Assembly: GCA_018399555.1 (NCBI GenBank)
Contig: JAGYOL010000001.1
Coordinates: forward strand, 1-61,739
DNA: 61,739 nt
Reading direction: 5' to 3'
From: Kiritimatiellia bacterium
GTDB lineage: Bacteria > Verrucomicrobiota > Kiritimatiellia > RFP12 > UBA1067
In this document: positions 38,782 to 48,396 of the stretch, piece after piece
Layout: each line of letters begins with the position of its first letter
How positions within the stretch are numbered: position 1 is the first letter of the stretch
Translations under genes and position numbers: made by a program
Notes under the pieces: model-generated
Seen by the model: only the letters and a program-made list of their open reading frames with translations
Told to the model about the DNA's origin: nothing
Database searches by the model: none

Positions 38782-38903
38782 GGGTTACCGCCTCCACTTC
38801 CTTTATAAGCAGAAATAATAATTTTCTTCCTGAAAATAACTTTATATGAGCAACCCTTTTTTAACAAGACATAATTACGCAAAATATGTAGACTATTTGC
38901 GAA

Positions 38904-40124
38904 ATGAAAAGCAATCAAATTTCTATCCGACAACGAATGCCCAAGGTGCTTCTGCTTTTCCCGACCTCAATCCTGATCTGCCGCCGCATGCTGAATGGCA
39001 TCCTGCGCTACGTGCACCAGTACGGCCCATGGGAACTGCATATTATAGAAGACCGAGAAGGTGAGCAGAAACTCAAAAACATTCATTCATGGGGCGTTAC
39101 CGGTATTATCGGATATGTCCACAACAAATCCCATGCTCAAGCAGTTCTTGAAGCGAAAGTTCCTTGTGTGATTGTAGATCCGCGCAAGGAGTATCTCAGT
39201 AAAGACAATCCATTATCCGAGCTGTCACGCCTGTCATGCGATAGTTTTGAAATCGGTCAAGTAGCTGCAGATTATTTTTTAGAACGCCGCTACAACAACT
39301 TTGCTTTTGTAGGAGAGATTAACGATATTCACTGGTCACGTGACCGCTCAGTAGCCTTTGTCAATCGACTTGCCGAATATGGCTATACCTGCCACATTTA
39401 TCCGGTTCTCTCAGCAAAAGAGCGCAATGATTTCGGAGTCGAACAAACACGCTTGCTCGCCTGGCTCAAAGCATTGCCGAAACCTACAGCGATCATGGCC
39501 GCATGGGACATCCGCGGAAGACAGATTCTTGACTTGTGCATGAAGGCCGGAATATCCGTACCGCAGGAAATCGCCGTACTGAGCGTGGATAATGATGAAA
39601 TACTCTGTGAAACTACCAATCCGCCCATGTCCAGTATCCAGATGGGTGTTGAAGATGCCTGTTTTCAAGCCGCAAAAGTTCTCGATGCCCTTATGCACAA
39701 TAAAAACAATTCCCGTCAGCAGATCATTTCATACGGTGCGTCCGGAATCGTGACACGCCGATCAACCGAAGCTATTCGAGTCGATGATCCACTTGTAGTC
39801 AAAGCTCTTGAATTTATCTGGCTCAATGTCGGAGTACCGATTAAAGTTGCGGACGTAGCCCGACATCTGAATGTTTCCCGCCGATTGCTTGAAATTCACT
39901 TCCGCAAATCGTTGAATCAAACGGTTCACGATGAACTTTTGCGCATACGCCTGGAACGTGTCCGCATGATGCTAAGAGATACACATATGACAATCAATGA
40001 AATTGCATATGACTGCGGTTTCGCCGGTGCAAGTCATCTCGGACGTCGCTTCAAAGAGGCATTTCAAATAAATCCACTAACATTCCGCATGACTGCCAGA
40101 GAACAAAAACATACAAATCCCTAA
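38904..40124 (+). CDS. XylR-like transcriptional regulator (periplasmic-binding-protein-like sensor + AraC-family HTH)
   Basis: The C-terminal AraC HTH is INEIAYDCGFAGASHLGRRFKEAFQINPLTFR, and the N-terminal ~270 aa form a sugar-binding-like fold. It is divergent from the 601-aa/GH operon. The ATG at 38937 is also a possible start. Confidence 0.8.
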   Translation: MKSNQISIRQRMPKVLLLFPTSILICRRMLNGILRYVHQYGPWELHIIEDREGEQKLKNIHSWGVTGIIGYVHNKSHAQAVLEAKVPCVIVDPRKEYLSKDNPLSELSRLSCDSFEIGQVAADYFLERRYNNFAFVGEINDIHWSRDRSVAFVNRLAEYGYTCHIYPVLSAKERNDFGVEQTRLLAWLKALPKPTAIMAAWDIRGRQILDLCMKAGISVPQEIAVLSVDNDEILCETTNPPMSSIQMGVEDACFQAAKVLDALMHNKNNSRQQIISYGASGIVTRRSTEAIRVDDPLVVKALEFIWLNVGVPIKVADVARHLNVSRRLLEIHFRKSLNQTVHDELLRIRLERVRMMLRDTHMTINEIAYDCGFAGASHLGRRFKEAFQINPLTFRMTAREQKHTNP

Positions 40125-40147
40125 CCCAGCATACAATTTATATTGAA

Positions 40148-40196
40148 CGATTATTGCGACGACAGAGTCGACGCAATGGCGAGAGTAAAAAAGAGG
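40148..40196 (+). repeat. ~49-nt hairpin element, copy A (ATTGCGACGAC-AGA-GTCGACGCAAT + GGCGAGAGTAAAAAAGAG)
   Basis: About 45/49 positions are identical to copy B at 41444-41493 (hand alignment). The 11-bp stem has a central A.A mismatch. Confidence 0.75.
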
Positions 40197-40398
40197 GAAG
40201 ATAGCAGAGCCGGTGTTTAGGAGCATTTTGCCCCAAAATACCTCCGTGTCATCGAGTCTCCGTAGGACAAGTCCTGATTTAAAGTTGTCACTTTTTTTGT
40301 TTGTTATAGTTGTTGTTTTGTGTCTCTGCTGATGCAGTAGATTTCACTTCTGCCGACTGCTTCGCAATGCGCTCTTCAAATGAACGGTGAAATCACCT

Positions 40399-40481
40399 CA
40401 TGTAGGGCGGGTGACCCCACCCGCCGCATGTAGTAGCCATTCTGTGAACGGCATTATGTCGCTCACAGAGCGACTACTACA
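40399..40481. repeat. GC-rich palindromes / nested hairpins
   Basis: GGCGGGTG-ACCC-CACCCGCC (40406-40425) is flanked by direct CATGTAG copies (40399-40405, 40427-40433). A nested stem follows: TGTAGTAG (40429-40436) / CTACTACA (40474-40481) enclosing TCTGTGAACG (40441-40450) / CGCTCACAGA (40460-40469). Confidence 0.7.
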
Positions 40482-40608
40482 GCAAGATAGCCGGTGGGTC
40501 ACCGGCCCTACAGCAAGATAGCCGGTGAGTCACCGGCCCTACAGCAAGATAGCCGGTGGGTCACCGGCCCTACAGCAAGATAGCCGGTGGGGTCACCGGC
40601 CCTACAGC
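40477..40608. repeat. 31-bp tandem repeat, 4.2 copies, each unit containing a GCCGGTG-N-CACCGGC palindrome
   Basis: The unit CTACAGCAAGATAGCCGGTGGGTCACCGGCC occurs at 40477-40507, 40508-40538 (G>A), 40539-40569 and 40570-40601 (+1 G), with a partial CTACAGC at 40602-40608. Confidence 0.9.
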
Positions 40609-40673
40609 TTTAATCGTGTTAATCATGTAATCCTGTCCGAAATTCCTCTCCTCCGCGCCTCCGTGCGAAACGA

Positions 40674-41366
40674 TCACTCTTCACTCTTCTTAGGTAGCAT
40701 CTCAGGGGGCAGGGTCATGGGCGCAAGCGGCGGTTCATTTTCAACCGGCAGCGCCTGAAACGCGCATTGGCCGATCGACAAACCCTGACCGCGGAAGAGC
40801 AATTCAAAATCGGTCTGCTCCTCCGGTGCCCGCTCCATCGGAGCAATCTCGCGGAAGCGCGGATCCAAGGTCATGCAGGCGCGTATTTCTTTAAAATAGG
40901 CCAGATGATCGGTGGCGACCTCCAGTCGTCCGCCGGTTGCAAGCGCATGCCAAAGCGCATCCCGAAAAAGAGGAGAGAACAAGCGGTGACTATGATGGCG
41001 GCGTTTCGGCCACGGGTCAGGGAAAAAAACATAGACACAGCGCACGCTGTGACGCGGCAGAAGATAATACATGGTGTAGAGCGCCTCAAGACACACCACG
41101 CGGACATTACAGAGATTCACTGCGGAGGCGCGTCGATCCAGCGTGCGCGCACGCCCGACCATGCGTTCAATGGCCAGATAGTTTACCGCGGGGTGGCTCT
41201 GCGCGCGTGAGATAAGAAAGCGTCCGGTACCGGCACCTATTTCCACCTCCAGCGGGAAATGCTGCGGAAAAAGCCGGGCTGAATCCAGAGGCACACAAGG
41301 GTCGCTGATCGTCACGACCCGTTCCGGGATTGTATCGTTACGCCTGCATCTATATCTTCCCGCCAT
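40674..41366 (-). CDS. trmB: tRNA (guanine46-N7)-methyltransferase
   Basis: VEIGAGTGRFL SAM motif and FFPDPWPKRRHHSHR signature. Confidence 0.85.
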   Translation of the reverse strand: MAGRYRCRRNDTIPERVVTISDPCVPLDSARLFPQHFPLEVEIGAGTGRFLISRAQSHPAVNYLAIERMVGRARTLDRRASAVNLCNVRVVCLEALYTMYYLLPRHSVRCVYVFFPDPWPKRRHHSHRLFSPLFRDALWHALATGGRLEVATDHLAYFKEIRACMTLDPRFREIAPMERAPEEQTDFELLFRGQGLSIGQCAFQALPVENEPPLAPMTLPPEMLPKKSEE

Positions 41367-41443
41367 TATTCAATCAATCTTTTGTTTATGAGATGACTGA
41401 CAGTAAAAATCATACAACGGCATATGCTTGTTCTCCGCAGTGC

Positions 41444-41493
41444 CGATTCATTGCGACGACAAAGTCGACGCAATGACGAGCGTAAAAAAGAAG
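41444..41493 (+). repeat. ~49-nt hairpin element, copy B
   Basis: CGATTCATTGCGACGACAAAGTCGACGCAATGACGAGCGTAAAAAAGAAG, in the same orientation as copy A, ~80 nt upstream of the trmB ATG. Confidence 0.75.
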
Positions 41494-41522
41494 ATTGAAA
41501 ACCCTAACCCACTCCAACTCCC

Positions 41523-41548
41523 TTTTAACCATTTTAACCATTTTAACC
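41523..41548. repeat. 9-bp microtandem (A)TTTTAACC x3
   Basis: TTTTAACCATTTTAACCATTTTAACC, followed by TAAAGAC(C)TT x2 (41549-41576). Confidence 0.8.
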
Positions 41549-41648
41549 TAAAGACCTTAATGTCATTAAAGACTTTAACGTCTCTGTGCTTTGCCTTCTT
41601 TCAACTCGCACACTTTCGCACTCGCGAACTTTAGAACTTCCCCATGCT

Positions 41649-42248
41649 CTATGCCTTCTTCATCTCCGTGTTAAATGCAACTGCGCGACCGCGTGCGAAG
41701 GCCTCCAGGTTGACATTAAGCATCCGGGCGGGGATACGCTTACGCATCGTTTCGATCCATTGTTCCTCTTTAAACGGCGTAAGGTTGGAGAGTGCTCCGG
41801 CGATGACCATATTCATGCAGCGCTGGTTACCCAGTTCACGGGCGATACTCAGGGCATCCAGGAGAACCGCATCCGGAAACTCCCGTTCGAGTCGTTCCGA
41901 CATATCCTCGACTGCCGGTTGCTGTCCGCTTGAAACAGTGATCGGTGTCAGATTGAGATCGTTGATCAGCGCTCGTCCTTCCGGCGCAAGCAGGGAACGC
42001 CAGCGCAGAGCCTCCATACGTTCGAAGGCCACCAGCAGATCGGTACTCCCCTCCGGCACAATCGGCGAGTGGACCTTTTCACCGAAGCGCACCTGACTGA
42101 TTACGGAACCGCCGCGCTGAGCCATACCGTGAATCTCGCTTTTCTTGACATCCATGCCGGCACTGGCCGCAGTTTTGGCCAGCAGATCGCTGGTGAGCAG
42201 GGTGCCCTGTCCTCCGACACCCACCAAAGAGATATTGACTGTTCTCAT
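41649..42248 (-). CDS. iorB: Indolepyruvate:ferredoxin oxidoreductase, beta subunit
   Basis: VGVGGQGTLLTSDLLA pyruvate/ketoisovalerate oxidoreductase gamma-type domain, ~200 aa, directly downstream of iorA. Confidence 0.85.
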   Translation of the reverse strand: MRTVNISLVGVGGQGTLLTSDLLAKTAASAGMDVKKSEIHGMAQRGGSVISQVRFGEKVHSPIVPEGSTDLLVAFERMEALRWRSLLAPEGRALINDLNLTPITVSSGQQPAVEDMSERLEREFPDAVLLDALSIARELGNQRCMNMVIAGALSNLTPFKEEQWIETMRKRIPARMLNVNLEAFARGRAVAFNTEMKKA

Positions 42249-42266
42249 ATTTATCCTCCAGACGCT

Positions 42267-44042
42267 CTAAAACTTTTTCGCAATGGCGTCGAATTTACAA
42301 ACCTGACGACACAGCCCGCAGCCGGAACACTGCACTGGGTCGATTGTCGCCTTAAACCGTTTGCCGTCGTCTGTTTTTGCACCGCGCACGATTGCCGGAC
42401 ACCCCAGTTTAAAGCAGGCGCCGCAGGCTTTGCACTTCTCGGCATCCGTTTCATACACACCTGCATTCATCAGGCCGGCCGAGATGCGGCAGGGTCCCTT
42501 GACCACAACCACGGATGCTTGATCGGCATCAAGCTCGGCGGTCAAGACCTTCTCAATCCGTTCGATGTCAAAAGCTCCCACGGTCTCGACCCGTTTATAA
42601 CCCATGGCGCGTGCGACCGCCGCGATATCAGTAACCGGAGCCGGTTCACCTGCGAGAGTCTTGCCGGAGCCGGGGTTATCCTGATGACCGGTCATGCCGG
42701 TGATGCGGTTATCCAGTACGATCGTAGTGATTGTACCTTTGTTGTACAGGACATCCTGAATGCCGGTGTAACCCGAGTGGAAGAAGGTGGAATCACCTAT
42801 CACAGCACAGAGTCTTCCTTTAAAGCCTGCTTTCTGCATGCCGAAAGCGTTACCGATACTCGCACCCATGCAGATGGTTGTATCCATCGCGCTCAGCGGA
42901 GGGAATGCTCCCAGGGTGTAGCAACCGATGTCGCCGGTCACAGTGGCTTTAAGTTTAGACAGGACATAAAAGAGACCGCGATGTGAACAGCCGGAACATA
43001 ACACCGGTGGACGCAGTGGCAGTCCCTCGTCAGCGCGTCGGATCTGCGGCGGTTCCACATCTCCCAGAATATCGGCACGCAACTGCAGCACTCTTGCCGG
43101 ATTGAGCTCCATCATCCGCAACTCGGCAGGGTAATCAACCGTCTTAAGGCCCAGAGCTTTGACTTGATCCTCCATAAAGGGATCGAGCTCCTCTACCACC
43201 AGCAGACGTTTGACACTCGCGGCGAAACGCCTGACCAGCTCTACCGGGAAGGGATTGGAAAATCCCAGTTTCAGAATTGAATACTCGCCGAAAACCTCTT
43301 TGGTATATTGATAAGCGACGTTGGAGGTGATGATGCCGAGCTCAGAACTACCCGGCTCAATGCGGTTAAGTCCGCTTGTCTCGGCGCAGGCGCGCAGCTC
43401 CTGTGTACGTTTTTCCACCCTATAGCGCATCTGGCGGGCAAAAACCGGTGCGGCCACGGTTCGTTTGATATCTTTGATGTACGGAATCGATTGCCGCGTT
43501 CCGTGGCCGAAATTTTCACCTATATCTACGAGGGTCGAGGTATGCGAGGTGCGCGTAGTCAACCGCACGATACAGGGCGTCTGAAATTTTTCCGAAACTT
43601 CATAGGCCTGCAGAACCATGTCGTAGGCTTCCTGGGAATCGGAGGGTTCAAACAGCGCGACCCGTGCAAACCTGGCCAGCACACGAGTGTCCTGCTCATT
43701 CTGCGAACTATGAATGCCGGGGTCATCCGCCACAACGACAACCAATCCGCCGCTCGCTCCGACAAACGTAGCGGTCATCAGAGGGTCAAGTGCCACATTC
43801 AGTCCGACATGTTTCATGGCGCAAAGTGCGCGTGCGCCGGCCAGAGAGCCGCCGATGGCAACTTCGAGTGCGACCTTTTCATTACATGACCACTCGGCAT
43901 TGATCTCATCCGAAAAGCGTGAGAGCGTTTCAAAAATCTCAGTGCTCGGGGTACCGGGATAGGCCGCCGCGACAGTGCACCCCGCCCGGCAGGCGGCATA
44001 AGCGACAGCCTCATTGGCGGAAAGCATCATCTTATCACTCAT
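42267..44042 (-). CDS. iorA: Indolepyruvate:ferredoxin oxidoreductase, alpha subunit
   Basis: TPP-dependent 2-oxoacid:ferredoxin oxidoreductase layout with C-terminal 4Fe-4S motifs CKACGACFKLGCPA and CSGCGLCRQVCKFDA. Start at ATG 44042 (MSDKMMLSANEAVAY). Confidence 0.9.
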   Translation of the reverse strand: MSDKMMLSANEAVAYAACRAGCTVAAAYPGTPSTEIFETLSRFSDEINAEWSCNEKVALEVAIGGSLAGARALCAMKHVGLNVALDPLMTATFVGASGGLVVVVADDPGIHSSQNEQDTRVLARFARVALFEPSDSQEAYDMVLQAYEVSEKFQTPCIVRLTTRTSHTSTLVDIGENFGHGTRQSIPYIKDIKRTVAAPVFARQMRYRVEKRTQELRACAETSGLNRIEPGSSELGIITSNVAYQYTKEVFGEYSILKLGFSNPFPVELVRRFAASVKRLLVVEELDPFMEDQVKALGLKTVDYPAELRMMELNPARVLQLRADILGDVEPPQIRRADEGLPLRPPVLCSGCSHRGLFYVLSKLKATVTGDIGCYTLGAFPPLSAMDTTICMGASIGNAFGMQKAGFKGRLCAVIGDSTFFHSGYTGIQDVLYNKGTITTIVLDNRITGMTGHQDNPGSGKTLAGEPAPVTDIAAVARAMGYKRVETVGAFDIERIEKVLTAELDADQASVVVVKGPCRISAGLMNAGVYETDAEKCKACGACFKLGCPAIVRGAKTDDGKRFKATIDPVQCSGCGLCRQVCKFDAIAKKF

Positions 44043-44122
44043 TGTTAATCTCCATTCCAGTTTTAACTCTACCCGGCGCGGAAACACCGCGTTTTAAGAG
44101 CGGGCAAAGCCGTGACGGACAA

Positions 44123-45739
<1,617 letters not shown>

Positions 45740-45990
45740 TTCAGGCTCCTATAAATAAAACCGGCAAGTCGGCGCAACAAGTCGGCGCAACGATCGCATG
45801 ACTGCGGTATGAGCCGGATATTGTAGCGTTTCAATGTTCGGGATTGAAGTGTAAATTTAGAAAGGTGAGCTTTCGGTCGCATTGTCAATCTGGCACGAGG
45901 CTGGGTCACGGGTTCCGTTCTACAGTCAAATGCCTTACAGCTGCAACCGTGATCCTCGACTGTCGGGCGAAATTCTGTCGCAGGGTGTAT

Positions 45991-48396
45991 TTACATCCGG
46001 TTAAAGTTAAAATTCGCACCTTCCTCTTTCAAACGGCGTTTAAGTCCCATGCCCTCCATGACTCTTCCCGCCTCGATGTAAGTATCCGCCAAGGCGACAA
46101 TGATGTCGGGGTTTTTCCATTGTGTCAAATCACAAGCACGCCGGGCCAGCTTAATCGCTTTTTCGGGACGGCGGTTCTCTCGTCCCTTGAAGAGCAGGGC
46201 TTCGGCGTACAGTAGCAGCGCCGTAAGGTTATCTGGATCATCTTCCAGAATCTTCTCATACTGGAGGTCTGCTGTGGCGTATTGGCCGATTTCCAGAGCC
46301 ACTCCGGCCAACTCGATGCGATAGTGTCTCTGCCGGGGGGCGTTGACTACTGCCCGGGCAAAGTGCAGATAGGCATTCTGCAGATCTCCGTTGGCGCGCA
46401 GGCAGTACCCCAAACCGTAATGCGCCTGAGCTGATTCACGGTCGAGCGCGAGTATATTTTCATAGCAGCGCACAGCACCCTTATAATCTCCAATCGCAAT
46501 CCGTCGTCGGCCCTCAAGCTCCAGGGCATCCTGAAACTGCACCAGAAAGGCGTCATCAGGGTTGATTTCCGCCGCATCACGTGCGCATTCCAGACCCTTC
46601 TCCGAGCGCGCAGCCTCCACATTAGCCAGGGCCATCACTGCTGATATCCGTGCTGTGATGTTGTTTTCCACCCGTTCTTTGAGGGCTGAACAGACCCCTG
46701 CTTCAGCCTCACCTCTGCGCAGCCATTCTCCGGCATCAAGCTGGCGGACCTTTTCAAAGAAGACCGGACTCATTAATGCGGCACCGCCCTCCAGCACATT
46801 TTTCGGTGCGTTCCATGCTGCTTGCCGATATGAGATATGCCCCTGGTTTTCCGCAAGCCAGCGATCCACCCCGGTTTCGTCACAGACCATACAGGCCAAA
46901 GCGTCGCTCACCGTAAGTCGGCCCGCCAGTATGAAATCCCGAAAAACTGCATCACGCTCGAAGAGCTTCAGCATCTCCCCGACATTAAGAGTCAGCGGAT
47001 GCATGGAGCCTGCCAGCATCCACTCAAAAGCTCCGGTGCACCAGACCTGCATATGAGCGAATTCCTGGCGCATCCCGTTCAGAACTGCGGCGAAAGCCGT
47101 CCGGGAAAGCGCACGCGCATCCAGATGCAGAACTGCAACTCCCCCCGGTTCAAGCATGGCGGACGTCCGTCGCAGAAGGGATTGAGAAAAGCCGCGTGCG
47201 CGACCCCGTTTAAAGAGGGGTTCGGGGGTCAGAACAATCAGATCATGGTGTCCTGTGAAGCTCTGCCTGACAAGTTTTTCAAAGTGGTTTCCGTCCGCAG
47301 TTCTTCCGCCGGCAAGCTCATCCTGGCGCATCAACAGCTCAACCATCCGCGGGTTCGCATCGCAGTAGGCCGGTGCCGCCACTCCGCCACGCAGCAGAAA
47401 GGGAGCGAAGAGCCCTGCTTCGCCTCCGACCAGCAGCACGCGTTCGCACGCAGGCTTAATCAGCAACGGTATGTAGCCATTCAGGACGCGGGTCGTGTGA
47501 AAGCGGCTGCCGAAGATGACCGGACGGTTGTTCATCTCGCAGACAAAGTGATAGTCACGGTCATCATAGACGGCGATTATATCCTTCCCGGCAATATGTT
47601 CTTCAACCGGATCGGCAAAAGCGAAGCCGCTGTCACGATGAACCAGTCTGCCGAAGGTGCCCCGGGAAAGAATATTGTTCAGCGGCAACCGGGCTGCGTA
47701 GAAAAAAACGAGCGCTGCGGCGATGCCGACCGTCAGTGCCGTCGTCCTTCGCAGAGCACTGCCGCTGAAGAGGGCCGCTGCCGCGAGTGCTGTCGGCAGA
47801 GCTGCGAGCAGGCAAAGCGGGAGTTCAAAACCGCTGACGGAGGGTATCGCGATTGCGAACAACCAGCAGCCGGCGAAAAATCCGACGATAACGGCGACGG
47901 ACAGCATCAGCGATGATCCGCGCGTTCTGCCGACTCTCTGTGCGCAGAGTCCCCCTGCCAGAAAACTGAAGAGCGCAACAAATATCAGGGCACTTTTCAG
48001 CAGCAACTTAAGAAACATGGTGTAACTGCGCGACATTTCCAGCAGCAGCTGCTGCCAGCTGGCGCCCATTCCCGTAACAGCGTGAAGCAGAAAAAGCTGA
48101 TACGCCGCTGTCATCAGTAAAACAAAGCATATACCGCCTGAGAAAACAATTCTGCTGTCGCGAAGCAGCACGATAGATACTGCAGCACCGCAGAGTGCGG
48201 CAATCAAAGCAACCGCCGTAAACACCGCCAAGGTCAGCGGTGTTCTGCCGGCCATCGCATCGAGTACCCGCAGCCAGCAGCCGAAGAGGCCGCCGAACAG
48301 GATTGCACTCAACACACAAAGAAGCGCGGCAAAATTCTGTTGAGCCGCATTGATCAGGCTTTTTCTCATTAAATCATCCCTCTTCCCTGCGCTCAC
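45991..48396 (-). CDS. Fused polytopic membrane domain + spermidine-synthase-like methyltransferase fold + C-terminal TPR repeats
   Basis: About 7-8 N-terminal hydrophobic helices, a central VLLVGGEAGLFAPFLL Rossmann-like region, and C-terminal TPR units (AHYGLGYCLRANGDLQNAYLHF...). An alternative start at ATG 48369 would remove the overlap with waaA. Confidence 0.65.
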   Translation of the reverse strand: MSAGKRDDLMRKSLINAAQQNFAALLCVLSAILFGGLFGCWLRVLDAMAGRTPLTLAVFTAVALIAALCGAAVSIVLLRDSRIVFSGGICFVLLMTAAYQLFLLHAVTGMGASWQQLLLEMSRSYTMFLKLLLKSALIFVALFSFLAGGLCAQRVGRTRGSSLMLSVAVIVGFFAGCWLFAIAIPSVSGFELPLCLLAALPTALAAAALFSGSALRRTTALTVGIAAALVFFYAARLPLNNILSRGTFGRLVHRDSGFAFADPVEEHIAGKDIIAVYDDRDYHFVCEMNNRPVIFGSRFHTTRVLNGYIPLLIKPACERVLLVGGEAGLFAPFLLRGGVAAPAYCDANPRMVELLMRQDELAGGRTADGNHFEKLVRQSFTGHHDLIVLTPEPLFKRGRARGFSQSLLRRTSAMLEPGGVAVLHLDARALSRTAFAAVLNGMRQEFAHMQVWCTGAFEWMLAGSMHPLTLNVGEMLKLFERDAVFRDFILAGRLTVSDALACMVCDETGVDRWLAENQGHISYRQAAWNAPKNVLEGGAALMSPVFFEKVRQLDAGEWLRRGEAEAGVCSALKERVENNITARISAVMALANVEAARSEKGLECARDAAEINPDDAFLVQFQDALELEGRRRIAIGDYKGAVRCYENILALDRESAQAHYGLGYCLRANGDLQNAYLHFARAVVNAPRQRHYRIELAGVALEIGQYATADLQYEKILEDDPDNLTALLLYAEALLFKGRENRRPEKAIKLARRACDLTQWKNPDIIVALADTYIEAGRVMEGMGLKRRLKEEGANFNFNRM

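Noticed and set aside
40117-40126. Telomere-like CCCTAACCC next to copy A, and again at 41501-41510 next to copy B
   Set aside because: These are single 9-mers. The first is the end of the XylR-like coding sequence including its stop codon, so this is most likely coincidence.
40477-40608. Possible CRISPR array, given regular ~31-bp palindromic repeats
   Set aside because: The units are head-to-tail with no unique spacers between them, and no cas genes or leader are present. It is a tandem repeat, not a CRISPR.
40525-40758. 77-aa ORF running through the tandem repeat
   Set aside because: Its sequence is just the repeat translated (…RPYS…AGGSPALQ…). It overlaps the trmB 3' end on the other strand.
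45765-45790. CAAGTCGGCGCAA x2 tandem 13-mer upstream of pgi
   Set aside because: It is a single small duplication with no further structure, most simply a slippage event in the pgi promoter region.
46837-47916. 359-aa ORF on the plus strand
   Set aside because: It is antisense to the membrane/spermidine-synthase-like/TPR gene. Its composition is Arg/Gly/Gln-rich low complexity with no recognisable domain. The same reasoning applies to 50731..51579(+), 42069..42986(+), 29649..30518(+), 20511..21251(+) and 1500..2129(+).
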